A stretch of DNA of 58,644 nt, taken from positions 1-58,644 of the IMG/VR virus record IMGVR_UViG_3300022895_000130. One strand, 5' to 3'. The stretch comes from a virus. Taxonomy: Duplodnaviria > Caudoviricetes. The notes beneath the pieces were generated by a model. The model was not told the origin of the DNA. It did not search any database and worked only from the letters and a program-made list of their open reading frames with translations. Positions 27,374-36,274 of the stretch are shown piece by piece. Position 1 is the first letter of the stretch. The number at the start of each line of letters is the position of its first letter. The translations under genes and the position numbers were made by a program.

Positions 27374-28047
27374 AATTGATCAACGCACGTCAAGCGTGGA
27401 CTGACGCACAGCATGAGTCGAACGCCTCAATCAGTGCAGCGGCGGCCGAGCGGGCAAAATCCGCGACCGTCGTCCGGAAGGAAAAGGCCGCACTTCGAGA
27501 GGTCATATTTGCCGCCCAGGGCGAGGACAAGGAAGAGCGCATCATGGCTGTGCGCCAGAAGATCCACATTGCCGAGACGCGCCGCACGCCTATTGGTCGT
27601 TCGACACATCGGGCCGCTCACCTGGTGACCATGGGGAAGGTGCAGAAGGCAATCGAGTCGCTGCCGTTCCAGGTGCAGCAGTTGGGGCACTACCTCTACC
27701 ACCCGAGCATGACCGTAGTGCACATGCTCAACGCCGAGAAGCTGATCTGGTCGGACACTGACTTTAGTGCGCTCACTGATGCCAAGGCCGCGAAGGTGCA
27801 CTGCCTGATCACCTGCGCCCTGCAGTCCTACAAGGCCGAGGCGAACGGGGGTGTTGCATGGGGCCCAGCTCGGGTGTCTGACGCCATGATGAAGCTGTAC
27901 GGAGTCGCCATCCAGCCCAAGCACTGGGATCGCGATTGGCTCGACATCTGGAATTTCCTGCGAAAGGCTATTGAGGAAGTAGATATTCAGGCTCAACAAC
28001 CTGTGTGGCAGGTCATTCATGCAGAAAACTCAGAGAATGCGGCATAA
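27370..28047 (+). CDS. putative late-gene regulator / antiterminator (Q position)
   Basis: Between ninG and a promoter-terminator pair; positional call. Confidence 0.55.
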   Translation: MKLINARQAWTDAQHESNASISAAAAERAKSATVVRKEKAALREVIFAAQGEDKEERIMAVRQKIHIAETRRTPIGRSTHRAAHLVTMGKVQKAIESLPFQVQQLGHYLYHPSMTVVHMLNAEKLIWSDTDFSALTDAKAAKVHCLITCALQSYKAEANGGVAWGPARVSDAMMKLYGVAIQPKHWDRDWLDIWNFLRKAIEEVDIQAQQPVWQVIHAENSENAA

Positions 28048-28052
28048 AGGTG

Positions 28053-28081
28053 TTGCCATGGTGGGGGATTTGATGTACTTT
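28053..28081 (+). promoter_or_regulatory. late promoter (pR'-like)
   Basis: TTGCCA-N17-TACTTT. Confidence 0.65.
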
Positions 28082-28122
28082 TCCCACACTGCGCAACTTA
28101 CCTCCAGCGCACGACAACTTCG

Positions 28123-28149
28123 AAACCCGGCCACCGCGCCGGGTTTTTT
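28123..28149 (+). terminator. tR'-like terminator
   Basis: AAACCCGGC-loop-GCCGGGTTTTTT. Confidence 0.8.
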
Positions 28150-28171
28150 ATTGCCTCGAATTTACCTGTAG

Positions 28172-28397
28172 CCAGGACAGCCTTCGGGAAGGCCTGGACG
28201 CCGTTGGCCGGTAGTGCGGTGCATCTGAAAAACACCGGCAGCCCGCGCACCCTGACCTCACCATTTGCTTCAGGGTGCGCGAGACTGGATCAGCGAGATC
28301 GATGCATTGGGGCGTCGACGTTGAGAAGGCCTTTGGCGGACAGCGCGGAAAGACGCGCGCACCTATTCAGGGCCTCTGCACTCGCAGGAGCTTTTTC
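28172..28397 (+). ncRNA. candidate structured RNA in the late leader
   Basis: Several nested stems folded by eye; no convincing ORF. Confidence 0.4.
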
Positions 28398-28448
28398 GTT
28401 TTTGGGCAATGCCCAGGCCACGCAGGCCATTTTTATTTCGGAGTGGCG

Positions 28449-28820
28449 ATGGATCCTACTGACCTCGGCCCAGGCACAGTTACCTGGCTGGGCGGTAGTG
28501 CCACGGTGATCTTTGGCGGGCTGCTGTGGTTGCGGAGATTCCTATCGAAGGATGCCGCTGACCGGGCGATGGACAATGCCGATATCGGCACCGTCCGCCG
28601 CCTCAATGAACTGCTCGACTCGGAGCGATCCGCCCGGAAGGAAGCGGAGGCCCGCGCCGATCAGTTCGCGAAAGAGCGCAACGACCTGGCCGCCTCAGTT
28701 GGCCGCATGGAAGGGAAGATTGAAGCGCTGACCAGTCAGGTCGCCCAACTCACGGAGCGAGTAACCCTGCAGAGCGACGAAATAACCCGCCTGCGGAACA
28801 AGCTCGGAGGTGTCGCGTGA
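28449..28820 (+). CDS. holin-position membrane protein (one TM plus coiled coil)
   Basis: GGAG RBS before MDPTDL; first late gene. Confidence 0.6.
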   Translation: MDPTDLGPGTVTWLGGSATVIFGGLLWLRRFLSKDAADRAMDNADIGTVRRLNELLDSERSARKEAEARADQFAKERNDLAASVGRMEGKIEALTSQVAQLTERVTLQSDEITRLRNKLGGVA

Positions 28821-29137
28821 TGGACAGATGCGCAATGGAATTCATTGCTCGCCGCTGGTGGCGTCGGGCAGAGGTATGGGCGATCGCCATTGTGTTGGTC
28901 GCCGGCGGTTCAGTGCTGGGGTATCAGGCCTGCTACTGGTCACTTGCCGAGAAGCAGGCGAACCAGGTCGAGGAGATCCGCAGTGCGTACGCCACGGCGA
29001 TGAATGAGCGAGACCAGCGCCTGGACGAATTGACCCGGAAGACTGGAACGGCTGCCGAGAAGGCCTCGAAGGCTGCAACCACCGCCACCCAGGCAGCGGA
29101 CAAGGCGCTCGAAGCGGTTGACCGGGTAAGCCAGTAA
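28817..29137 (+). CDS. membrane protein, holin-cassette partner
   Basis: One TM; GTGA overlap. Confidence 0.6.
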   Translation: MMDRCAMEFIARRWWRRAEVWAIAIVLVAGGSVLGYQACYWSLAEKQANQVEEIRSAYATAMNERDQRLDELTRKTGTAAEKASKAATTATQAADKALEAVDRVSQ

Positions 29138-29138
29138 G

Positions 29139-29176
29139 TCGCGACACGTTTCGCGAATCAGCAAATTGTGTCGCGA
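29139..29176. repeat. TCGCGACAC-N20-GTGTCGCGA element, copy 3 of 3
   Basis: Intergenic; same spacer length as the other two. Confidence 0.85.
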
Positions 29177-29189
29177 CACTGGAGTCGAA

Positions 29190-29381
29190 ATGACCAACGT
29201 AACCCGCCTGCGCCACGCGCTCCCGATGAGCCAGGACATCAACGAAGCGCTCACCGATCTGGATAGCGCGATCGCCAAGGCCATCGACGCTGCCAAGGCT
29301 GCCGGCCTGCCTCAGGGCCTGATCGTCGCCGGGCTGCACGGGCACGCCCACGCACAGACCCACAACATGGTGAAGGTATGA
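29190..29381 (+). CDS. phage hypothetical protein
   Basis: GGAG RBS. Confidence 0.7.
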   Translation: MTNVTRLRHALPMSQDINEALTDLDSAIAKAIDAAKAAGLPQGLIVAGLHGHAHAQTHNMVKV

Positions 29382-29566
29382 CCGCAGACATCCATGACAT
29401 CGCTGAGCAGCGCCCGCAGCTGACGGTAGCGGCGGCTGAAGGTGTCCACGTGATTCCCTGCGACTTGGTGCGCTCAGTGATCGCCGGCGACAAGCCACCG
29501 GCAATCCTGACCGAACCGGTTCTGCGCCGGATTATTGAAGAGTGGTTTCAGAAGGTGACGGCATGA
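29378..29566 (+). CDS. phage hypothetical protein
   Basis: ATGA overlaps. Confidence 0.65.
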   Translation: MTADIHDIAEQRPQLTVAAAEGVHVIPCDLVRSVIAGDKPPAILTEPVLRRIIEEWFQKVTA

Positions 29567-29817
29567 CTGCGAAGCTCGTTGAGTTCAAGCGTGAGGACTG
29601 GCGCGACGCTGCCAAGACCCTGCGCAAGATCGCTGACGACCTCGATGCCGGTGTGCATCCGGAATGTACGGTAGGCGCGCTCACCCTCATGGGACCGAAA
29701 GGCGAGGTGACTGTTTTCGGTCTGGGGCCCAAGTGCGACGATCTGCAGTGCCTGGGTGCCATGCGCCTGGGTGAGCAGAAGCTGATTGATGTGCTGCTCG
29801 ATGGCGGGGAAGGGTAG
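29563..29817 (+). CDS. phage hypothetical protein
   Basis: ATGA overlap. Confidence 0.7.
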   Translation: MTAKLVEFKREDWRDAAKTLRKIADDLDAGVHPECTVGALTLMGPKGEVTVFGLGPKCDDLQCLGAMRLGEQKLIDVLLDGGEG

Positions 29818-29848
29818 GTGTGCCGCAGGTGAGTGCGGCACCCGTCTA

Positions 29849-30055
29849 TCACTTAACTTTCAGAGCTTCTTGGATCTGGTCAGCGTAGCTGCTCAGATTG
29901 TTCATCTCGTCCGTCAAAATATTGCAATCGGCCGGAGTGCAAGAAGCCTTTGCATGGATGAGCGATAAGGCCGCCGCTACGGCCATGGCGCGTCTGTCTT
30001 GGGCGTCTTTCACACGATTGTTGTAGAGATTCAGATCTGTAAAGGTTTGAGTCAC
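29849..30055 (-). CDS. small counter-oriented moron protein
   Basis: GAAGGAG RBS; hairpin GTGCCGCA...TGCGGCAC at 29820-29841 between the convergent genes. Confidence 0.65.
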   Translation of the reverse strand: MTQTFTDLNLYNNRVKDAQDRRAMAVAAALSLIHAKASCTPADCNILTDEMNNLSSYADQIQEALKVK

Positions 30056-30125
30056 GTTGCTACTCCTTCGATTGGATCCATATCAATACCGGCAACACGC
30101 CACTATTTCAAGCTGGAGGTGACCC

Positions 30126-30749
30126 ATGGACAGGCCATATCCTCCAGTGTCATTGCTTGAATTGTCTGATCTGTCCAGCGTCGGTATCCGTCTGGCCCCA
30201 GCTCCCGAAGTTTGGGAGTGGGTACAGAGCGAAATCCTCGCCGACACCGGCAGCATCTACAACGAAGACCATGCCCATCTGATCGATGCGGACATCCATT
30301 TGATGTGGGCATCTGCTGCCTTCACGAAGAAGGGACGCACCGTGGTGGGTCAGGCCGAGCAGGTTGCATTCCGCGCCGGTGGCTGGCAGAAGGCCCGGAT
30401 GGAGCAGCAGATGCGTGATTGGTTCGGCGATGTGCCGGCCTACATCATCACGCTGGCTGCCGACTACTGCGCCGACTGTTCCGACGCAGACTTCTGCGCA
30501 CTGGTCGAGCATGAGCTGTATCACATCGCCCAGGCGAAGGATCAGCACGGCGCACCGAAGTTCACCCAAGAAGGTTTGCCCAAGCTTGAGATGCGCGGAC
30601 ACGACGTTGAAGAGTTCGTCGGTGTTGTCCGCCGCTACGGGGCGAGCCCAGCAGTTCAAGAGCTGGTGGACGCTGCAAACAAGCCTGCCGAGGTAGGAAA
30701 AATGAACATTGCGAGGGCCTGCGGAACCTGTCTGCTCAAGTCGGCCTGA
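30126..30749 (+). CDS. phage putative metallopeptidase
   Basis: LVEHELYH and HDVEEF.GVV.RYG. Confidence 0.85.
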   Translation: MDRPYPPVSLLELSDLSSVGIRLAPAPEVWEWVQSEILADTGSIYNEDHAHLIDADIHLMWASAAFTKKGRTVVGQAEQVAFRAGGWQKARMEQQMRDWFGDVPAYIITLAADYCADCSDADFCALVEHELYHIAQAKDQHGAPKFTQEGLPKLEMRGHDVEEFVGVVRRYGASPAVQELVDAANKPAEVGKMNIARACGTCLLKSA

Positions 30750-30781
30750 TCCTTGACAGGACCTTGACGGAATAAACCCAT

Positions 30782-31243
30782 ATGGCAGCCCTGAAAGATG
30801 AGGTGAAGCGCTTCATTGTGCAGGCGTTGGCCTGCTTTGATACGCCGACGCAGGTAGTGCAGGCGGTCAAGGAAACATTTGGTGTCGAGGTGTCTCGCCA
30901 GCAGTGCGAGCAGTACGACCCAACGAAACACGCTGGCCGTGACCTTGGCGTGAAGTGGAAAGCGGTGTTTGAAGATACCCGCAAGCGCTTCCGCGAAGAA
31001 ACCGCCGAGATCCCCATCGCCAACCGCGCCTATCGCCTGCGCGCCATGAACCGGTTCGTGGAGAAGGCCGAGACGATGAAGAACATTGGCCTTGCCATGC
31101 AGATCCTGGAGCAGGCCGCGAAGGAAGTTGGCGATGTCTACGTCAATCGCCACCGCAAGGATGAGCCAGACGATGAGCCAGCAATCCCGACGCGCATTCA
31201 GGTCGACGTAGTGGATGCGAGGAAGCCGAATGCCGAGCCTTAA
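30782..31243 (+). CDS. DUF2280 family protein, terminase small subunit
   Basis: FIVQALACFDTP.QV...VKE.FG, YDPTK, IPIANRAYRL; upstream of TerL. Confidence 0.85.
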   Translation: MAALKDEVKRFIVQALACFDTPTQVVQAVKETFGVEVSRQQCEQYDPTKHAGRDLGVKWKAVFEDTRKRFREETAEIPIANRAYRLRAMNRFVEKAETMKNIGLAMQILEQAAKEVGDVYVNRHRKDEPDDEPAIPTRIQVDVVDARKPNAEP

Positions 31244-32531
31244 CGTTCCGCAGTCGCAGTTCCTCCTGTTACCCCACAAGTTTCGCGCATTCGTTGCTGG
31301 ATTCGGCTCCGGGAAGACCTGGGTCGGGTGCTCAGCGCTCAGCAAGCATTTCATGGAGTGGCCCGGCGTCAACGCTGGCTACTTCGCACCGACTTACCCC
31401 CAGATCCGCGACATCTTCTATCCCACGATGGAGGAGGTGGCCTACGACTGGGGGCTGAAGACCAAGATCAACCAGGCGAACCATGAGGTTCACATCTACA
31501 GCGGCCGGCAGTATCGCGGCACTGTGATTTGCCGATCGATGGAGAAGCCGCAAACCATCGTCGGCTTCAAGATCGGTCACGCGCTGGTCGACGAGTTGGA
31601 CGTGCTGACGTCGATCAAGGCGCAGCAGGCCTGGCGCAAGATCATTGCCCGGATGCGTTACAACATCCTCGGGCTGAAGAACGGCGTGGACGTAACTACG
31701 ACGCCGGAAGGCTTCAAGTTCGTCTTTCTCCAGTTCGTGAAGCAGCTTCGCGACAAGCCGGCGCTGAAGGAGATGTATGGACTGATTCAGGCCAGCACCT
31801 TCGACAACGAGTTGAACCTGCCTGACGACTACATCGAATCGTTGATGGAGTCGTACCCCGAACAGCTGATCCGGGCATACCTGAACGGCCAGTTCGTCAA
31901 CCTGACGTCCGGATCGATCTACCACGCCTATGACCGCAAGCTGAACCAGTGCTTCGACACTGTGCAGCCCGGTGAGCCGCTTTTCATCGGCATGGACTTC
32001 AACGTCGGCAAGATGGCGGCGATCACGCACGTCAAACGTGATCAGGGCCTGCCGCGCGCCGTGGACGAGTTGATGGATGGCTACGACACGCCGGACATGA
32101 TCCGCCGCATCAAAGAGCGCTACTGGGAACACACCGGCAACGACTTCCGGAAAACCTGCGAGATCCGGATCTACCCGGACGCCTCCGGCGATTCGCGCAA
32201 GTCGGTCAACGCCAGCCTCACCGATATCGCCATGCTGAAACAGGCGGGCTTCACGGTCATCGCGCCGGCGGCCAACCCGCCGGTGAAGGATCGGATCAAT
32301 GCCATGAACGCAATGTTCTGCAATGCGCAGGGCGAGCGGCGTTACCTGGTCAATCCGTTTACCTGCCCGACTTACGCCGATGGCCTGGAGCAGCAGATCT
32401 GGGCGCCAAATGGCGAGCCAGACAAGAGCCAAGGCAATGACCACGCCAACGACGGCGGTGGTTACTTCATTCACCGCGAGTACCCGATCGTTAAACCGGT
32501 CACCTCAATGAAAATGGGAGTCGCCCGATGA
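31230..32531 (+). CDS. terL: terminase large subunit
   Basis: AGFGSGKT Walker A, LVDE Walker B, TTTPEG, GMDFN nuclease Asp, DH..D. Confidence 0.95.
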   Translation: MPSLNVPQSQFLLLPHKFRAFVAGFGSGKTWVGCSALSKHFMEWPGVNAGYFAPTYPQIRDIFYPTMEEVAYDWGLKTKINQANHEVHIYSGRQYRGTVICRSMEKPQTIVGFKIGHALVDELDVLTSIKAQQAWRKIIARMRYNILGLKNGVDVTTTPEGFKFVFLQFVKQLRDKPALKEMYGLIQASTFDNELNLPDDYIESLMESYPEQLIRAYLNGQFVNLTSGSIYHAYDRKLNQCFDTVQPGEPLFIGMDFNVGKMAAITHVKRDQGLPRAVDELMDGYDTPDMIRRIKERYWEHTGNDFRKTCEIRIYPDASGDSRKSVNASLTDIAMLKQAGFTVIAPAANPPVKDRINAMNAMFCNAQGERRYLVNPFTCPTYADGLEQQIWAPNGEPDKSQGNDHANDGGGYFIHREYPIVKPVTSMKMGVAR

Positions 32532-33988
32532 CGGACGTCACTTTTACCCGTCCCGAGTACACGGCGGCACAGTACCGCTGGCGTTTGGTGCGCGACGTCT
32601 GCAAAGGATCGGAAACCATCAAGGCTGCCGGTGACCGATACCTGCCAAGGCCGAATGCAGCCGACACCAGCGAGGACAATAAAGCGCGCTACGAGGCGTA
32701 CAAGAAGCGGGCGGTGTTCTACAACGCTACCGGCCGTACGAAGCACAGCCTTGTCGGTGCAGTATTCCGCACATGGCCAACGCTGACCGTTCCTGGCGCG
32801 CTCGATTACGTGACCAAGGACGTCGACGGTCAGGGTGTGAGCGTCTACCAACAATCCCAATCGGTGATTGGTCACCTGCTCGAGGTGGGCCGCCATGGGC
32901 TGCTGGTGGACTACGCCTCAGTCGAGGCTGGAACGGTCAGCAAGGCCGACGAGCTTTCCGGACGCGCCCGGGCAAACATCGCCAGCTACACCGCAGAGTC
33001 GATCATCAACTGGAAGACTCGTCAGGTCGGCGGCCAGCACCTGCTGAGCCTTGTCGTGCTGCGCGAGACGGTGGATGTCGATACGGATGATGGCTTCGGC
33101 AGTGAGCAGGTCATTCAATACCGCGTGCTGCGCCTGGATCTTGCAGGGCAGTACACGCAAGAGGTGTGGGAAGAGGGATCGGGTAAGACTTCGCAGGTTG
33201 TCGCGCCGTTCACGCCACTGAATGGCATGGGGCGGCCGTGGCAGGTGATCCCGTTCCAGTTCGTTGGCAGCGAGAACAACGACACAACTATCGACGATGC
33301 GCCGCTATACGACATGGCAGAAGTGAACATCGGCCATTACCGGAACAGCGCAGACTATGAGGAGGCGGCTTACCTGGTGGGCCAGCCTCAGCCGTGGATG
33401 GCCGGTCTCGATGAGCAGTGGCGCGATCACATGGAGAAGAACGGGATATTCCTCGGCTCCCGCGCACCCTGGCTGCTTCCGGTAAGCGGCACCTGCGGAG
33501 TTTGGCAGGCTCAGCCGAACACCGTGGCTAAGGAGGCTATGGAGTCCAAGAAACAGGACATGGTTTCGCTCGGCGCTCGGCTGATTGAGCGTGGTAGCGC
33601 GGTGAAGACCGCCACCCAAGCCGACAACGATAGCGCCGCCGAACACAGCGTTCTGTCGCTGGTGGTCAGCAACGTCAGCGAGGCTTACAGCCAGTGCCTG
33701 GCGTGGATGGCCGAGTTCGTGAATGCCTCCGGTGAGGTGGTCTACAAGCTCAATCAGGACTTCAGCCAGATCACCCTTGATCCTACGGTTTTGGTTGCGC
33801 TGTTCAACGCGGTGCAGGGCGGCAAGCTGCCGGAAGGTGACTTCTGGCAGTACCTGCGCGATCGCGGCGTGATCAACCCGGAGAAGACGGACGATGAAAT
33901 CCGGGATGAACTGGAGGCGCAAAGCACCGGGCCGGCCCTGGATGATGACGAGGTGATCACGAATGGCCGCAAACCAAGCAATCCTTGA
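32528..33988 (+). CDS. portal protein (DUF4055 family)
   Basis: YLP....Y..Y..RAVFYN.T.RT; NIGHYRNSADYE; position. Confidence 0.88.
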   Translation: MTDVTFTRPEYTAAQYRWRLVRDVCKGSETIKAAGDRYLPRPNAADTSEDNKARYEAYKKRAVFYNATGRTKHSLVGAVFRTWPTLTVPGALDYVTKDVDGQGVSVYQQSQSVIGHLLEVGRHGLLVDYASVEAGTVSKADELSGRARANIASYTAESIINWKTRQVGGQHLLSLVVLRETVDVDTDDGFGSEQVIQYRVLRLDLAGQYTQEVWEEGSGKTSQVVAPFTPLNGMGRPWQVIPFQFVGSENNDTTIDDAPLYDMAEVNIGHYRNSADYEEAAYLVGQPQPWMAGLDEQWRDHMEKNGIFLGSRAPWLLPVSGTCGVWQAQPNTVAKEAMESKKQDMVSLGARLIERGSAVKTATQADNDSAAEHSVLSLVVSNVSEAYSQCLAWMAEFVNASGEVVYKLNQDFSQITLDPTVLVALFNAVQGGKLPEGDFWQYLRDRGVINPEKTDDEIRDELEAQSTGPALDDDEVITNGRKPSNP

Positions 33989-35048
33989 CGCCACGATCCG
34001 GCACGCCGTCTTCCTCGAGCAATTGAAGTCGGGGGAGGTGGCGAAGTTCGCGCCGTTCCTCAAGGAGATCGACCGCTCGATTCGCGAGCGGCTGACCAGG
34101 GCCGACCTGACGGATTACACCGTCGCTCGGCTTGAGCGGTTGCTGAGCGAGGTCGACAGCCTGCTGCTGGGCATCTTCGACCGGTACAGCGAGAAGCTAA
34201 ACCTCGACCTGGTGGATATCGCCAACTACGAGGCCGAGTTCGAAGCGACCAGCCTGACCCGTGCGGCACCGGTTGGCGTTTCGTTCGACGCGGCGGTGCC
34301 TGGTGCTGCTGCGATCCGCGCTGCAATCCTCACCAACCCGCTAAGCGTGCGCGGTGCGGATGGCGGCAAGCTGCTCAAGTCGTTCATTGATGGCTTCACC
34401 ACCACTGAGCGGCAACGCCTCACTGGCGCGATCCGCCAGGGCTTCTTCGAAGGCCAGACCAACTTCCAGATCATCAAGAACATCCGTGGCACCAAGGCGC
34501 TCAAGTACAACGACGGCATCCTGGCCACCACCAATCGCAACGCCGGATCGATCGTGCGGACGGCGGTGCAGCACGTCGCTACCCAGGCGCGCATGGAGAC
34601 GCTGAAGGCGAACTCCGATGTCGTGTCGTCGGTGGAGTGGGTCAGCACGCTGGATTCGAAGACGACTAGCCAGTGCCGGACGCTCGACAAGCGCCGGTTC
34701 AAGCTGACCGAGGGGCCGAGGCCGCCAATCCACATCAACTGCCGTTCGACGGTGGTGGCGGTGACGCGCTTCAGCGCACTGTTCGCCGAGGGCGCCACGC
34801 GGGCATCCGTTGGCGATAGTGGTGCGCAGCAGGTAAGGGCTGACCTCAGCTACTACGACTGGCTCAAGCAGCAACCTGCGGCATTTCAGGACAAGGCCAT
34901 TGGCCCGATGCGGGCGAAACTGTTTCGCGAAGGCGGCCTGAGCGTCGAGCGTTTCGCCGAGCTCCAGCTTGATCGCAACTTTTCACCTCTAACCCTTGTG
35001 CAGATGAAGGCTCTTGAGCCTTTGGCGTTTGAGCGGGCTGGCATTTGA
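33963..35048 (+). CDS. minor head morphogenesis protein (SPP1 gp7 / Mu gpF-like)
   Basis: STLD.KT...C..LD, PP.H.NCRS. Confidence 0.9.
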   Translation: MAANQAILDATIRHAVFLEQLKSGEVAKFAPFLKEIDRSIRERLTRADLTDYTVARLERLLSEVDSLLLGIFDRYSEKLNLDLVDIANYEAEFEATSLTRAAPVGVSFDAAVPGAAAIRAAILTNPLSVRGADGGKLLKSFIDGFTTTERQRLTGAIRQGFFEGQTNFQIIKNIRGTKALKYNDGILATTNRNAGSIVRTAVQHVATQARMETLKANSDVVSSVEWVSTLDSKTTSQCRTLDKRRFKLTEGPRPPIHINCRSTVVAVTRFSALFAEGATRASVGDSGAQQVRADLSYYDWLKQQPAAFQDKAIGPMRAKLFREGGLSVERFAELQLDRNFSPLTLVQMKALEPLAFERAGI

Positions 35049-35105
35049 CGAGGCGTTTCAAACCATGTAGTCAGTGCATTTCAACTGATAAATGGATGAA
35101 TCACG

Positions 35106-35468
35106 ATGAGATACCAAACCGTTGAGCTGAATGATCTGGAGGGGTGGTGGCTCGACTATGTTATTGCCGGAGAGGTTTGCGAATATCGCACGAACGTCAG
35201 CTGGCGTCCGGGTGGTTATGGTGCCGATTTAACGATCAGTATTCGTAAAGGGCCGTGGAAAAAATTTTCGCCAAGTACGCTGTGGGCGGATGCGGGTCCG
35301 CTGATCGAGGAGTTTAGGATATCTCTTAAACATCTCGACCAAGGTGGGTGGGAGGCAAGCTTAGAAAGTGGTGAGAGTTTCAACCATCACTTCCCTTTGA
35401 TCGCCGCCATGAAAGCCTTGGCCATGTCCAAGGACAAAAATGGTTTTCAGATCCAAATGTACAGCTGA
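35106..35468 (+). CDS. NinX/DUF2591-like protein inserted in the head module
   Basis: L.G..LDY..A, FSPST.W..AGPLIE...ISL, PLIAAM motifs. Confidence 0.75.
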   Translation: MRYQTVELNDLEGWWLDYVIAGEVCEYRTNVSWRPGGYGADLTISIRKGPWKKFSPSTLWADAGPLIEEFRISLKHLDQGGWEASLESGESFNHHFPLIAAMKALAMSKDKNGFQIQMYS

Positions 35469-35483
35469 TTGATCAGTCCTCAT

Positions 35484-35512
35484 AAGCCCTGCCTAGTGCG
35501 GGGCTTTTTTTT
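35484..35512 (+). terminator. rho-independent terminator
   Basis: AAGCCCTGC-loop-GCGGGGCTTTTTTTT. Confidence 0.8.
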
Positions 35513-35555
35513 GCCCGCAGGCAGGGCCTGCACCTAAGTCTCTGGGAGACAACCA

Positions 35556-36263
35556 ATGCTGAAATTCCAACTGGATACCCTGGATGGGGTAGATGAAGCC
35601 GTGCGCGCTCTTTACACCGAGAAGGACGGCAAGTTCGTACTCGGCATTGAAGGTCTGCCGCAGCAAGAAGATGTATCTGGCCTGAAGGCCAAGGTTGATG
35701 AGCTGCTCGGCGAGAAAAAAGCCGCCGAGAAGAAGGCGCGCGAAGCTGAAGAGGCAGCACGCCTGGAGCGGGAAGAACTCGCTCGCAAGTCCGGCAACGT
35801 CGAAGAGCTCGAACGTTCCTGGACTGAGAAATTCACCCGCCGTGAAGCTGAGCTGACCGGCACGCTGGAACAGGAGCGCGCAACGCTGAGCGGGCAGATC
35901 CGGGATCTGACTGTCGGCCGTACCGCTACTGACATCGCGTCTGCCTTGGCTGTTCAGGGCAGCGCCAAAGCCTTGTTGCCGCACATCGAGCGCCGCCTGA
36001 GCGTCGAACAGCGCGACGGGAAGCCTGTTGTGGTCGTCCTCGACGCACAGGGCAAGCTCTCGGCGGCAACGCTGGACGAGTTGAAAGCAGAAATCGCGAA
36101 TGACGCGGCGTTCGCGCCGCTGATCGCGGGTAGCAAGGCATCTGGCGGCGGGGCCGGCGGTGCAGGTGGTGGGGGCGGGGCCCCGAAAGGAAAAATCGGC
36201 GGTACCAAAGAGGAACGTACGGCTGCGATTGCAAGCCGGTTCCCAGATCTCCCTCAATCGTAA
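35556..36263 (+). CDS. capsid scaffolding protein
   Basis: Charged coiled coil, Gly-rich tail; directly before the capsid gene. Confidence 0.75.
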   Translation: MLKFQLDTLDGVDEAVRALYTEKDGKFVLGIEGLPQQEDVSGLKAKVDELLGEKKAAEKKAREAEEAARLEREELARKSGNVEELERSWTEKFTRREAELTGTLEQERATLSGQIRDLTVGRTATDIASALAVQGSAKALLPHIERRLSVEQRDGKPVVVVLDAQGKLSAATLDELKAEIANDAAFAPLIAGSKASGGGAGGAGGGGGAPKGKIGGTKEERTAAIASRFPDLPQS

Positions 36264-36274
36264 GGAAATAACTC

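Noticed and set aside
28275-28448. Longer N-terminus for the holin-position gene
   Set aside because: The extension runs through hairpins and a terminator-like tract; the GGAG RBS supports ATG 28449.
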